This document shows positions 1 to 10,031 of a DNA stretch of 64,000 nt, one piece after another (within the stretch, counting starts at the first letter, position 1; each line of letters begins with the position of its first letter). The stretch covers positions 320,001 to 384,000 of the forward strand of contig OZ244070.1 of NCBI GenBank assembly GCA_965215605.1. The letters are read 5' to 3'. Below the pieces are notes generated by a model, which did not search any database, was not told where the DNA came from, and was given only the letters and a program-made list of their open reading frames with translations. The DNA is from an uncultured Candidatus Binatia bacterium. Its GTDB lineage: Bacteria > Desulfobacterota > Binatia > UBA9968 > JAJDTQ01. The position numbers were made by a program, and so were the translations under genes.

Positions 1-912
1 CAACGGCTTGCGTTTCATGGTGATGGCGGTCACCTCCATGAACGGCGACACCGTGCGCGGGTGCAGGTAGCCGTGGGACTCGCCGAAGGGGCCCTCGGGT
101 TCCACGAAATCCGTGCTGATGAGCCCCTCGATGACGATCTCGGCGTTGGCCGGCACCTCGATGTCCACGGTCTTGCAGCGGACCAGTTGGACGGGCTCTC
201 CCGCCAGGCCGCCGGCGATGCCCATCTCGTCCACTCCCGGCGGCACCTTCTGCACCGTGCCGTAGGAGACCACCGGCGGCGCGCCCACCACCAGCGCGGC
301 GTGCAACGGCCGGCCCTGCTCCCGGCACTTGTCCCAGTGCGGGAAGATGTGCTGGTGCATGCCCGCGTACATACCCACGCGCTTCTGGCTCTTGATCTGC
401 CCGCGGTAATTGCCCTGGTTGCGGACACCCGTTTCCGGGTCCTTGGTGAACCAGTGGGAACAGGTGGTGTAAGGCGCGTTGTCGAACCCCGGCGTGGAGA
501 TGGGAACGGGAAGCTGCAGTAGCCCGCCGCCCTCGATGTCCAGGTCCGCCCCTTGCAGGACCACGTCGTGAACCGGTCCGGACTCGACGATGGCGGGTTC
601 GATGGGGTTCGCCAGCGCATGCGCCCAGAGGTCCGGGATCTCGTCCACCGGTCGCTGCAAGCCGACCGAGTACACTTGCGGCGAGGCCGCCAGCGCGGCT
701 ACCGCCACCGGCATGTCGTAGGTCCGGCCGTGGCTGTCCGTCACGTTCTCGAACAGGAAGGCCTTGCGTTCCGCCTCCGGCAAGCCGCCGCGGAATTGCC
801 AGCGCACCAGCGGATGCATCTCCGTGTCCTTGTTGATGGGGTGGCGGATGCGCAGCAGGAGGCCCGCGGACTCCAGGTTGGACAGGTGCTCTTGAAGGTC
901 GGGATAGGACAT
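1..912 (-). CDS. UbiD-family (prFMN-dependent) decarboxylase, 3' end outside window
   Basis: Hand translation from ATG at 912 (not in the ORF track because it has no stop in the window): MSYPDLQEHLSNLESAGLLLRI...KAFLFENV...KDPETGVRNQGNYRGQ...VPANAEIVIEG...EPEGPFGESHGY. The EGPFGE motif is typical of UbiD. Frame is open to base 1. Confidence 0.9.
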   Translation of the reverse strand, partial: MSYPDLQEHLSNLESAGLLLRIRHPINKDTEMHPLVRWQFRGGLPEAERKAFLFENVTDSHGRTYDMPVAVAALAASPQVYSVGLQRPVDEIPDLWAHALANPIEPAIVESGPVHDVVLQGADLDIEGGGLLQLPVPISTPGFDNAPYTTCSHWFTKDPETGVRNQGNYRGQIKSQKRVGMYAGMHQHIFPHWDKCREQGRPLHAALVVGAPPVVSYGTVQKVPPGVDEMGIAGGLAGEPVQLVRCKTVDIEVPANAEIVIEGLISTDFVEPEGPFGESHGYLHPRTVSPFMEVTAITMKRKPL

Positions 913-942
913 GTCGGGCTCGCGTGGTCCGTGGATTCGCGC

Positions 943-1968
943 CTACCGGCGCCCGCCGTTGCCGCCGGGACGCTGCTCTTCACGGTAGAGCTCCAGCGCT
1001 TCCAGCACCGGCCGGTCGTTCATGGAGAAGACCACCGCCTCCTCGTCGAAAGGGTTCTCGTGGCGGTGCCATTGCCAGTTGGGGATCATGAACGAGTCGC
1101 CCTTCTCCCACTCCAGGAAGCCCTCGCCAACCGCCGTGCGGCCGCGGCCGCGGAACACGTGGTAAAGCGCGGTGCTGGTGTGGCGGTGGGTGCCCGTGGC
1201 CCAGCCCGGTTTCAGCAGTTGCGCCTCACAGGACAGGGTCGCCATGGTATAGCCGCCGGTGACCGGATTGGTGTAGCGGACCAGGTGGCCGTCGAAGGGA
1301 TCGGCCTCGACGTCGGCGATGTTGTGGAGCGAGGCGTCGGTATCCTCCCAGCGGTAGCAGAACGGCAGGCCCCGGCCGGGGGATTCCGCGCGGGCCGGCG
1401 GGCGGGCGAAGCCGTAGCGCATCTGCGCGTCGCCGTCGGCGCGGGTGACACCCTGGGTGTCCTTGTCGTAGTTCTCGAAGAACAGCACGTTCAGCGCGTT
1501 GATGAGCGGGCCGTCGAGGCCGTCGAGCCAGACGATGGGCTCGCTCGATTCGTTGTGATGCTCGTGCCAGGTCCAGTTGGGGGTGAGGATCAGGTCGCCC
1601 TCGTGCATGGGGAAACGCTCCCCCTCCACCAGCGTGAAGGCGCCGCTCCCCTTCACCACGAAACGGATGGCGGCCATGTTGTGCCGGTGCGGCCGGGCGA
1701 TCTCGCCGGGGTTCACCACCGAGAAGGTGAAGAGCAACGTCCGGGAGGTGGCGCGGGTGGGGTTCTGCGGGTTCACCAGCCGTATGGCCCGGCGCTCCGC
1801 CAACTCGAGGCCGACGGATTCCCTGGCGTCCATGAGGCACGGGTGGACTTCCCGCCACTTCCACAGGTAGGGCGCCTCGTCCTGGTGTTCCGGCGTGCGG
1901 GTGTTCCAGAAGCCCGAGAGGTCGTGCTCGGCCAGCGAGTCATTGAGGTCCTTGATCTCCATCTTCAT
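943..1968 (-). CDS. Bicupin, gentisate 1,2-dioxygenase-like
   Basis: ERRAIRLVNP, PHRHNMAAIRF, DLILTPNWTWHEH, WLDGLD, YTNPVTGG, THRHTS and PNWQWHRH motifs. Confidence 0.88.
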   Translation of the reverse strand: MKMEIKDLNDSLAEHDLSGFWNTRTPEHQDEAPYLWKWREVHPCLMDARESVGLELAERRAIRLVNPQNPTRATSRTLLFTFSVVNPGEIARPHRHNMAAIRFVVKGSGAFTLVEGERFPMHEGDLILTPNWTWHEHHNESSEPIVWLDGLDGPLINALNVLFFENYDKDTQGVTRADGDAQMRYGFARPPARAESPGRGLPFCYRWEDTDASLHNIADVEADPFDGHLVRYTNPVTGGYTMATLSCEAQLLKPGWATGTHRHTSTALYHVFRGRGRTAVGEGFLEWEKGDSFMIPNWQWHRHENPFDEEAVVFSMNDRPVLEALELYREEQRPGGNGGRR

Positions 1969-2011
1969 GAGAGGTCCCTCGGGATGCTTGCAGGGGCCGG
2001 GGCGCCGGTAC

Positions 2012-2719
2012 CTATGGCAGCCGCGCCATGGCCGCGGCCATGCCGCCGAAATAGGCCCGGTGAAGGTCCATGGACTCCCGGGCGGTGCTCAGCACGCCTT
2101 CCTCGGCGCCTTCGGGCACGAACCGCTCGAAGATGTCCAGGAACATTTCGGAGTGCTTCTCGTCCGCGGCGCGATGGGCGGTGAAGTTGGGCATCTGGTC
2201 GTCGGTGAACTTGAGGTCCCGGCTCCAGCGTTCGTACAGCCGGCCGCAGTTGCCCCCGCCCAGGTCCCCCAGCAGGCGGTCGTCGTTGGTCCACTCCGCG
2301 ATGGTGGAGGCGGCCAGCGCCTCCTGCCACGGCTTGGTCCGAGCAATCCACCACCAGCCGTAGACGGCCGCCCGGGTGGCGGGCAGCGGCTCGGCGTCCA
2401 GCACTTCCTCCTCGCTGAGTCCTACTTCCCTGCCCTGCCGGAAGATCAGGTCCAGGTGGCCGCGGTCCGAATAGTCGTCCTCCACCAGTTCCTCGTACTC
2501 GTGGGACATGATGCGCTGCTTCACCAGGTGCACGGGACAGTTGGCGGCCACCTGGGGCCAGTAGTGCCGCCGCTGGCGGACGTAGATGCCGAGCTGCGAC
2601 AGGTAGAGCCGCGCGCGCTCCAGGCTGACGGGGGTTTCGTAGAACTGTCCCAACTCCGGAGACCGGAAATAGTCCCTGACGATCTCACCAAGCTCGTTGC
2701 GCCATTCCTTCGGGTTCAT
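2012..2719 (-). CDS. Heme-oxygenase-like (TenA/PqqC/CADD-type) iron-containing redox enzyme
   Basis: All-helical 235 aa protein with HEYEE...GH, EW and HRAADEKH ligand-like motifs. Confidence 0.65.
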   Translation of the reverse strand: MNPKEWRNELGEIVRDYFRSPELGQFYETPVSLERARLYLSQLGIYVRQRRHYWPQVAANCPVHLVKQRIMSHEYEELVEDDYSDRGHLDLIFRQGREVGLSEEEVLDAEPLPATRAAVYGWWWIARTKPWQEALAASTIAEWTNDDRLLGDLGGGNCGRLYERWSRDLKFTDDQMPNFTAHRAADEKHSEMFLDIFERFVPEGAEEGVLSTARESMDLHRAYFGGMAAAMARLP

Positions 2720-2750
2720 GACTCTTCTCCTTACGTGCTGGTTCAGGAAA

Positions 2751-3644
2751 TCAGTCCCGCGCCACGGCCAGCGCGTTCTTGAGCCGCGTGGCCTGCTCGC
2801 TGTTGAGGTCCTTGGTGGGCCACCTCGGGAAATCCACCACCGGGAGATCCCGCAGCTTGAGAGACTCCCGCAGGACCGAGCGGCCCGCGGCCCGCTGGAG
2901 GTCGCTGACGACCGCGGTGAATTCGATCACCCGCCGCTGCAGTTCAACCGCCTCCTCCAGCTTGCCCGTCGTGGTCGCGACCCACAGATTCACCAGCAGC
3001 TCGGGGATGGCCACCGTCAGCGGATGAATGGAGCCGGCGAGACCCCACAACACCCCCGGCATGATCAGCGTGGCGGAGCCGGAGAACACGGCGCAACTCG
3101 CGGGCAGCGCCCGCACGAAGGCGAGCTGCTGCTCCAGGGGAATGAACGACATCTTGATGCCGCAGGCCTCCGGGACTTCCGACACCAGCTTCGCGGTCCA
3201 CGGCGCGGTCATGCGATAACCGCTGTTCACCGCGTTGTTGTAGATGAACATCGGATACTGAATGGCCTCGTAGACCTTGACGTAGTGCTGCAGAACCTCG
3301 TCGTCGAGGTGGTCGAAGTAATACGGCGGCACCACGCCGACCACGTCCGCGCCCTTGTCCCTGGCGTCCCTGGCCAGATCGATGGTGGTGGGGGTGTCGG
3401 CCGTGCCCGCGTGAATCACCACCGGGATGCGGCCCGCCACCCGGTCGATGACGATCTTCGCGGTGCGCTTGCGCTCATCCGGCGTCATCGCCGGACCCTG
3501 GCCGAAGGTGCCGAGCACGAACAGGCCGTGCACCCCGGCTTCCACGTAGAAGTCCGTCAGCGCCAGCACCGCGTCCTCGTCCACCGCGCCGGTGCCGGTA
3601 AACGGCGTCGGCAACGGAATGTACATACCCTTCAAGCGTTCCAT
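2751..3644 (-). CDS. DHDPS/N-acetylneuraminate lyase family aldolase
   Basis: Start reassigned to MERLKGMYIPLPTPF. GTFGQG, IYNN and GIKMS (Schiff-base Lys) are present. Confidence 0.88.
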   Translation of the reverse strand: MERLKGMYIPLPTPFTGTGAVDEDAVLALTDFYVEAGVHGLFVLGTFGQGPAMTPDERKRTAKIVIDRVAGRIPVVIHAGTADTPTTIDLARDARDKGADVVGVVPPYYFDHLDDEVLQHYVKVYEAIQYPMFIYNNAVNSGYRMTAPWTAKLVSEVPEACGIKMSFIPLEQQLAFVRALPASCAVFSGSATLIMPGVLWGLAGSIHPLTVAIPELLVNLWVATTTGKLEEAVELQRRVIEFTAVVSDLQRAAGRSVLRESLKLRDLPVVDFPRWPTKDLNSEQATRLKNALAVARD

Positions 3645-3727
3645 AAGCTCGCTCCGTAGTATTGGTTTCAGTTTTCGGACCCACCACGGGTCATAGGGCA
3701 ACGGCGGATGGCTGTCAACGGACGCGG

Positions 3728-4399
3728 CTAGCGTTGCGCGGTGACCTCGATTTCGATGAGCTTGCCCTGGGCGGAATAGCCGTCCACGAACGACCACTCG
3801 ACGCGCCCCGGACGGGGCGCCACGGCGCGTTCGAACGCGTCCTTCAGCGCGGCCGGGTCTTCCGCCCGCTGGAGGAAGAACGACACCAGCACCGCCTGCT
3901 CCCAGGATACTCCGGCGTGTTCCAGGGACTCGCCGATGAGGCCGCAAACCTCCGTCACCTGCTCGGCAAGGTCGCCCGATGTGGAGGTGACGCCCGACAG
4001 GAAAACCAGGCCTTCGAGACCGAGATAGCGTAGCGGCACGATGGGCGGATCGTACTCCACCAGCTTCTTGCTGCCGCCGGAGCGCATGGCGATGAAGTCC
4101 AGCGAGACGGAGGCGCCGGAGTCGAGGTGACCGGGCGCGATGTAGCTCGAACTGGAGGAGCGCGCGCTCCCGCGCATGCGTTTGGAGCGGGCCTGACTGC
4201 CGAGGTTCCGGCTCTCCCGGTCCCGAGCCCACAGCCGCGTCCGCACCGTGTCGGCCAGGGACAGGCCCAGTGCGCCGATGCGTTCCTCGATGCGGTCGAG
4301 GATCCCGTCCATGCCCTGGTCGGCGGCAACGCCGTCGGCGCCCTCGCACGAGACCGCGACGAATTCGCGGCCGAGCCAGTCAAAGGATTTCATGCGCAT
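3728..4399 (-). CDS. Rid/YjgF-family protein, apparently two Rid-like domains
   Basis: VFLSGVTS...LAEQV...GKLIEIEVTA C-terminal Rid pattern; the N-terminal half has a similar repeat (TVRTRLW...SLDFIA). Confidence 0.65.
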   Translation of the reverse strand: MRMKSFDWLGREFVAVSCEGADGVAADQGMDGILDRIEERIGALGLSLADTVRTRLWARDRESRNLGSQARSKRMRGSARSSSSSYIAPGHLDSGASVSLDFIAMRSGGSKKLVEYDPPIVPLRYLGLEGLVFLSGVTSTSGDLAEQVTEVCGLIGESLEHAGVSWEQAVLVSFFLQRAEDPAALKDAFERAVAPRPGRVEWSFVDGYSAQGKLIEIEVTAQR

Positions 4400-5310
4400 G
4401 GGTTGGATCCCTCGTCATGCGGATCAACCGGACAAGACGTGGACGTCTCATCGCAACACACCGGAGCGTCGAAGAACGCCAGCGTCCGGATCTCGATGCT
4501 CTCCCGGCCCGGCGCGCCGGCTGGGCTCGTGGGGTCGTCGAAGGAGGAATGGGCGGTAAAGCGCGCCCTTCCGTCCCGGGCGGAGTCGAACGTCTTGAAG
4601 ACGATGGCCTCGTTCCGTGTCATGGCCGGGAAATAGAACCAGCGGTGGTCCGGCCCGTACTTGATCTGGTAGGTCTCGCCGATACGGCCGGGGTAGCTGC
4701 GCTGGGACGCGATCAGCTCCTCCGCTCGCAGCGAGCGGGCATCCGCGATGGCCAGCGGGTTGGTGCGCACCGGGTTGCGAGTGGGCTGCCACACCTGGAT
4801 GATGGCGAACCGGCCCTGGAGCAGCCGTTCCGCCTCGTCCGCCGGCAGGATGTCCCGGACCCGCTTGGGCCCGGACCAGTCGGTGTAGTCGTTGTGCACC
4901 GAGCGGTTGGGCTCCCGGACCTTCCGCTCCGCCCGGATGCCTTCGTCCTGGGCTCGGAGCGTGTGATCGAAGATGACCACCCGGGAAGCGCCGCTCTCGC
5001 GCTTCACCAGCGCCTCCACCTCGGGGTAGTAGACGGACCGGAGCTCGTCCTCGTCGTAGAAGTCCTTGACGCGGGTGTCGTGCCGAACGAACACGAAACC
5101 TTCGCGCTCCAGCGAGAACTCGCTCGCCATCGGACGGCCGTTGTGGATGGCGGCGCGGCGGGCCTCGTGCCTGCCGGTGCGCAACACCGGCGTGCTGTTG
5201 AGCACGGCGGTATGCGTCACCGGTTTCTCGCCGGTGTCCAACGCATAGTTCAGAACGGCTTCCACGGCATCCGGTGCGGTCTCGACCGACTCGAGTCCAC
5301 TCATGTGCAT
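4390..5310 (-). CDS. CmcJ/NvfI-family (2OG/Fe-like) oxidoreductase
   Basis: FSLEREGF, VVIFDHTLR, HNDYT, PLAIAD, HRWFYFPAM, HSSF and RESIEIR motifs; GGAGGT RBS upstream. Confidence 0.8.
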   Translation of the reverse strand: MHMSGLESVETAPDAVEAVLNYALDTGEKPVTHTAVLNSTPVLRTGRHEARRAAIHNGRPMASEFSLEREGFVFVRHDTRVKDFYDEDELRSVYYPEVEALVKRESGASRVVIFDHTLRAQDEGIRAERKVREPNRSVHNDYTDWSGPKRVRDILPADEAERLLQGRFAIIQVWQPTRNPVRTNPLAIADARSLRAEELIASQRSYPGRIGETYQIKYGPDHRWFYFPAMTRNEAIVFKTFDSARDGRARFTAHSSFDDPTSPAGAPGRESIEIRTLAFFDAPVCCDETSTSCPVDPHDEGSNPCA

Positions 5311-5343
5311 ACCTCCCGCGAATGACTTCTACTCTCACCGCGG

Positions 5344-5372
5344 ATGGTATCAGCCCAAGGCCTGTTCAACAA
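5344..5372 (-). promoter_or_regulatory. Putative sigma70 promoter for the leftward operon
   Basis: Minus strand reads TTGTTG-17 nt-TACCAT about 35 bp upstream of the 5310 start. Confidence 0.4.
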
Positions 5373-5426
5373 TAACGAACGGCGGATCGCGGCACGGACC
5401 GACGCCTTCCTGGCCGGCGCTGCGCA

Positions 5427-5456
5427 TTGACACGACCGCGGGCCATTGGCTAACGT
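5427..5456 (+). promoter_or_regulatory. Putative sigma70 promoter for the rightward operon
   Basis: TTGACA-18 nt-TAACGT upstream of 5514. Confidence 0.4.
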
Positions 5457-5513
5457 GCCAGTCAGGTTCTTCCCGCGCGACGGGTCCCGAAGATTCCCTG
5501 GAAGGAGCCCGAA

Positions 5514-6668
5514 ATGGGACGTGACTACAACGTCATATCGGCCGACGGCCATATCGACCTGAACCCCGACATCTGGCGCGGCCGGGTGGCAACATCCATG
5601 CGCGAGCGCGCGCCCAAACGGGTCAAAATGCCCAACGGGTCGGATGCGGTGGTGGTGGACGGCGGCAAGCCCAACACCATCGGGGTGACCCGGAGCGTGC
5701 GGGTGAACAAGGAGGACATGGCCAGGCAGGTGCCCACCTTCGAAACCTGCGCGGGCACCGGCCCGCCGGAACAGCGGCTGGAGGAACAGGCCAGAGACGG
5801 CATCGACGCGGAGGTGGTGTTCTCGCAGATCTCCTTCGTGCTGGAGCAGGCCAGGGACCGCGAACTCTATTGCGAACTGGTGCGGGCGTACAACGAGTTC
5901 CTGGCCGAGGAGTACATGGCGCCGGCCCCGGACCGCATCATCCCCATGGGCGTCATCCCCGTCAGCGGCGTCGACGACGCGGTGCGGGAGATGGAACACT
6001 GCGCCCGCCTGGGCCTCAAGGGCGTCAAGCTCGACAGGTTCCCGAGCGGCCGGGGCTACCCCACGGCCGAGGACGACCGTTTCTGGGCCGCCGCCCTGGA
6101 CCTCGGCGTCGCCCTCACCAACCACAACACCGGCAACATGGGCTCGGGCAAGGACGAGGCCGCGTTCACGTACCAGCGCAAACCCGGGCCCGACGTGCAC
6201 GTCAAGGAGCCCATGAACTACTTCTTCCGCTTCACCAACCCCGCCATGGTGGGCGCCGTGCAGATGGCCTTCGCCGGCGTGTGGGACCGCTTTCCGACGC
6301 TCAAGATGTACTGGGCCGAGACCATGATCGGCTGGTTCGAGTACGGCCTGTGGCAGATCGACGACCACTACCAGCGCTACATGCCCATGATCCACGAGTT
6401 CTGGGGGCTCCACTACCTGGAGAAGAAGCCTAGCGAGTACCTGACGGAGCACAACTACTGGGGCTTCCTGCACGACCCCATCGGCATCAAGCGGCGGGAG
6501 TGCATCGGCTACGACAAGCTCATGTGGGGAACGGACTTCGCCCACGCGGCCAGCGAGTACCCCAACTCAATCCCGATAATGGAGCAGGACTTCGAGGGAG
6601 TGCCCGCCAACGAGCGGCGGGCCATGCTGGTGGACAACTGTGTGAAGTATTTCGGGCTGGATGCATGA
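5514..6668 (+). CDS. Amidohydrolase_2-family protein
   Basis: ISADGH, DGIDAEVVF, AYNEFLAE, AETMIGW and MWGTDFAH motifs. Confidence 0.9.
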   Translation: MGRDYNVISADGHIDLNPDIWRGRVATSMRERAPKRVKMPNGSDAVVVDGGKPNTIGVTRSVRVNKEDMARQVPTFETCAGTGPPEQRLEEQARDGIDAEVVFSQISFVLEQARDRELYCELVRAYNEFLAEEYMAPAPDRIIPMGVIPVSGVDDAVREMEHCARLGLKGVKLDRFPSGRGYPTAEDDRFWAAALDLGVALTNHNTGNMGSGKDEAAFTYQRKPGPDVHVKEPMNYFFRFTNPAMVGAVQMAFAGVWDRFPTLKMYWAETMIGWFEYGLWQIDDHYQRYMPMIHEFWGLHYLEKKPSEYLTEHNYWGFLHDPIGIKRRECIGYDKLMWGTDFAHAASEYPNSIPIMEQDFEGVPANERRAMLVDNCVKYFGLDA

Positions 6669-6696
6669 ACGTGGCGCCCCGCACCGAGGACTTGTC

Positions 6697-7731
6697 GTGA
6701 GCGATGTCGGCACCACCCACGAGGACCTTGAGCAGTACCTCGCCACCCACCACCTGGTAGGGGCCGGGCTCCGGCGTGAAGGCATGGCGGCGCCACGCAC
6801 CGGGCCCGCCGGCGCCCACTGGCGCTGGGAAGGAATCTACAAGGGACTCATGCGGTCCGGCGAGATCGTCACCGTGGGCCCCGGCGGCATGACCGGCATG
6901 CGCTCGGTCACCGGCATCGAGGCGCGCCGTTTCCCCATCTGGATGAACGTGCAGATCCTCATGCCCGGCGAGCGCACCCAGGGACACCGGAACATGCGGA
7001 ACGAGACCCGCCTGGTGTGCCAGGCGCCGAAGGAAGCCGCGTTCGTGTGCGAGTTCGAAGCGTTTCCCATGGAGCGGGGCGACGTCGTCATCAGCCCGTC
7101 CTGGACCTTCCACGACCACTGGAACCAGGGCACGGTCCCGGCCCTGTACGTGGACGGCTATGACAACGGCTACAACGGCGGAGTGAACCTGAACGAGCGG
7201 CTGCCCGACGATCTCCCCTACCAGGAGATCCGCAAGCCCGACGGCTACGGCGGCCGCACCCGCGGCCTCGCGCGCCCCACGGCCGCCGGCCGGCCCTTCC
7301 CGCTGCCGCCCATGCGCTATCCTTGGGCCGAGACTCTGGCGGGACTCCGGGCACTCCAGGAGGCCGGCGAGGAGGACCCTTGCGAGGGCGTCCATCTGAT
7401 GCTGGCGAGTCCAGTGGACGGCGGCCCCACCCTGCCCACCCTTGCCTGGCATGCGCAACTCCTGCGCGCCGGGCAGGCCACCCTGAGCCACCGGCACAAC
7501 AGCAACACTTTCTACCACGCGTTCGAGGGCGCCGGCGCCGTGGTCATCGAGGGGGAGCGGCTCGAGTGGCGTCAGGGAGACATCTTCGCGGTGCCGGCCT
7601 GGGCGTGGCACCATCACGAGAACGGTCACGAAAGCGACTCCATCCTGTTCTCCATCGACGACTGGCCGGCGCAGACCAAGCTCGGCTTCTACATCAAGGA
7701 GACCGCGGCGGCAGACCCCCAGGACGGGTAG
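6697..7731 (+). CDS. Bicupin, gentisate 1,2-dioxygenase-like
   Basis: GTG start after GAGGA (alternative ATG at 6661). GHRN, SPSWTFHDH, SHRHNS and PAWAWHHH motifs. Confidence 0.82.
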   Translation: MSDVGTTHEDLEQYLATHHLVGAGLRREGMAAPRTGPAGAHWRWEGIYKGLMRSGEIVTVGPGGMTGMRSVTGIEARRFPIWMNVQILMPGERTQGHRNMRNETRLVCQAPKEAAFVCEFEAFPMERGDVVISPSWTFHDHWNQGTVPALYVDGYDNGYNGGVNLNERLPDDLPYQEIRKPDGYGGRTRGLARPTAAGRPFPLPPMRYPWAETLAGLRALQEAGEEDPCEGVHLMLASPVDGGPTLPTLAWHAQLLRAGQATLSHRHNSNTFYHAFEGAGAVVIEGERLEWRQGDIFAVPAWAWHHHENGHESDSILFSIDDWPAQTKLGFYIKETAAADPQDG

Positions 7732-7764
7732 CAGGCCCGCGCCATACCGAAGGGAGACGAACCC

Positions 7765-8721
7765 ATGGCGAACCCCAAGCTCCGGCTCGGCTTCCGTGAG
7801 CCCGAGGTGGACACCAACCGGCCCTTCCTGGACGGCACCGTCCAGGTGGAGGGTTTCGACCTCGAGATGAGCGACTTTCACGGACCCGAGACCATCGACG
7901 CGTGGGACGCCAGCTTCGGCGGCCTCATGCGCACCAAGGGCAGGGGCGCGCACCCGTACGTGTCGATCCCGGCCTACCCCAACCGCAAGTTCCGCCTGGC
8001 TTACATCTTCGTGAACGTTGCCTCGGGCATCGAGGCTCCGAAGGACCTGGAGGGGAAGCGCGTGTTCGTGAGCAGCACCGCCGGGGTGTGGTCCCGGGCC
8101 GCGCTCCAGAACCATTACGGCGTGGACCTCGCGCGTATCCGTTGGTGCATGCCCGGGCCCGAGGCCGAGAGCTGGGCCGCGGACGTCGAGGTGGAGGCGC
8201 TGCCGCATATCCTGGGACCGCAACCCGGCGAGCCCCTGGACGAAATGCTGCTCGCGGGAGAAGTCGATGCGGTCATCGAGCCCAACGTGCTGCCTTCCAT
8301 CAGCCGCAAGGACCCGCGGGTGCGCCGGCTGTTCCGCGACTACAAGACCGAGGAGATCGACTACTACAAGGCCACGGGCATCTTCCCCATCAGCCACATG
8401 GTCACCCTCAAACAGGATTTCGTGGACAAGCACCCGGACGCCCCGGTGGCGCTGTTGAAAGCGTACCGCCAAGCCCGGGACGTGGCGCTGGACCGGCTGT
8501 ACGGTTCGGACCCCGAGATCCTCATCACCTCGTGGGTGGCCGCGGCCATCGACGAGCAGCGGGCAGTCATGGGAGAGAACTACTGGTCCTACAACGTCGC
8601 CGACAACGTCCGTTCGCTGGAAGCCATGATGACCTTCGCGCACCAGTTCGGGCTGACGTCCGAGAGGCTTAACTACGAGGACTTCTTTCATCCGGAGGCC
8701 GCGGCGTTGGAAGGGGTTTAG
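7765..8721 (+). CDS. 4,5-dihydroxyphthalate decarboxylase-like (PhtD) / periplasmic-binding-fold protein
   Basis: LDGTVQVEG, IPAYPNRKFR, PKDLEGKRV, RRLFRD, YYKATGIFPISH and NYWSY motifs. Confidence 0.75.
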   Translation: MANPKLRLGFREPEVDTNRPFLDGTVQVEGFDLEMSDFHGPETIDAWDASFGGLMRTKGRGAHPYVSIPAYPNRKFRLAYIFVNVASGIEAPKDLEGKRVFVSSTAGVWSRAALQNHYGVDLARIRWCMPGPEAESWAADVEVEALPHILGPQPGEPLDEMLLAGEVDAVIEPNVLPSISRKDPRVRRLFRDYKTEEIDYYKATGIFPISHMVTLKQDFVDKHPDAPVALLKAYRQARDVALDRLYGSDPEILITSWVAAAIDEQRAVMGENYWSYNVADNVRSLEAMMTFAHQFGLTSERLNYEDFFHPEAAALEGV

Positions 8722-8743
8722 GCGACGGGAACAGGAGACGATC

Positions 8744-9802
8744 ATGAGTGAAGCTGTCAACACCGACGATCCGCGGCTCGCGGAACTGCACCGCATCATG
8801 GCCGAGAACTCCCTCGCGGGCCACTGGCAGCCGCGCCAGCCCGCGCCGGAGCTGCGCCCCCACCTGTGGAGCTGGCCGGTGGTCTATTCCTGCCTGATGG
8901 AGTCCGGCGAGGTGGTGAAGCTCGGGCACATCGACGAAGCCGCCAAGCGCCGCACGGTGCAACTGGTGAATCCGGGGCTTACCGCGTTCAAGTCCACCAC
9001 CCGCACCATCCAGATGTCCGTCCAGCTCGTCAGGCCGGGAGAACGGGCCGAGTGCCACCGGCACACGGCCGCGGCCCTGCGCTTTGTGGTGGAGGGCGAC
9101 GGCAGCGGCTACACCACGGTGGAGGGAGAAGAGATGCACATGGAGCCCGGCGACCTGGTGCTGACGCCGAGCTGGACCTGGCACGACCACTACAACCAGG
9201 GCGAGAACAACATCGTATGGCTGGACGTGCTCGACGTCCATCTCATGAACCACCTGGACGCCAACTTCCACGAGAACTACGGCGAGGGGCCGGCCCAGCC
9301 CGTCACCAAGTCCGAGGGCCACAGCCGCCACCGCATGGGCGCCGTGCGGCCGCTCACCGCCAGTCCGGGCAACCGCGCCCTCCCCTACACCTACAAGTGG
9401 AGCGACACCCTGCCCGTGCTGGAACAACTGGCCGCGTCCGCCGACGGCGACCCCCACGACGGCATCCTCCTGCAGTACGCCAACCCCGTCACCGGCGGCC
9501 CCACCATGCCCACCATCGACTGCCGAGTGCAGTGGCTGCGCCCGGGCGAGGACACCCGCCCCCACCGCCACACCAGCAGCACCATCTACCACGTGATGCA
9601 AGGAGCCGGCAGCACCGTGGCGAGCCGCGACAAGGACAACGGCACCCCCATGGCCTGGACCGAGCAGGACTGCTTCGTGATCCCTTCGTGGCACTGGCAC
9701 CAATTCAAAAACGACTCCCAAACCGAGCCCGCGATCCTGTTCTCCGTCACCGACCGCCCGGTCCTGGAAAGCCTGAACCTCTACAGCGAGGAGGACGCGT
9801 AA
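8744..9802 (+). CDS. Bicupin, gentisate 1,2-dioxygenase-like
   Basis: CHRHTAAALRF, LTPSWTWHDH, YANPVTGGPTMPT, PHRHTSS and PSWHWH motifs. Confidence 0.9.
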   Translation: MSEAVNTDDPRLAELHRIMAENSLAGHWQPRQPAPELRPHLWSWPVVYSCLMESGEVVKLGHIDEAAKRRTVQLVNPGLTAFKSTTRTIQMSVQLVRPGERAECHRHTAAALRFVVEGDGSGYTTVEGEEMHMEPGDLVLTPSWTWHDHYNQGENNIVWLDVLDVHLMNHLDANFHENYGEGPAQPVTKSEGHSRHRMGAVRPLTASPGNRALPYTYKWSDTLPVLEQLAASADGDPHDGILLQYANPVTGGPTMPTIDCRVQWLRPGEDTRPHRHTSSTIYHVMQGAGSTVASRDKDNGTPMAWTEQDCFVIPSWHWHQFKNDSQTEPAILFSVTDRPVLESLNLYSEEDA

Positions 9803-9940
9803 CGCGAACTGCAACGCGGAGAGCCGGGCGGGCGCGTCCCTGAAATCTGTAGACGGCGGGCGGACGTGGCAACGATCCACGACGCCACCCGGGCGAGGCA
9901 GTTCGTCACGAACCCGGCACCCACCGTCTCCGGATTTCAG

Positions 9941-10031
9941 GGACGCCCCCCGCCCGGCTCGGGAACAAGCGGTACGAGACGAAGTCAACCCATTCGGCCC
10001 CGGACGCCCCCCGCCTGGCTCGGGAACAAGC
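9941..10031 (+). repeat. Two 30-bp direct repeats (1 mismatch) separated by 31 bp
   Basis: GGACGCCCCCCGCC(C/T)GGCTCGGGAACAAGC at 9941-9970 and 10002-10031. Confidence 0.75.

Noticed and set aside
2751-4349. 532-aa ORF (likewise 13661..15562, 46132..47958, 48993..49718 and 23475..24050)
   Set aside because: The Arg/Gly/Pro-rich N-terminal extensions overlap genuine upstream genes in another frame; starts were reassigned.
9941-10031. CRISPR array
   Set aside because: Only two repeat units, no third copy at the expected spacing, no AT-rich leader and no cas operon.
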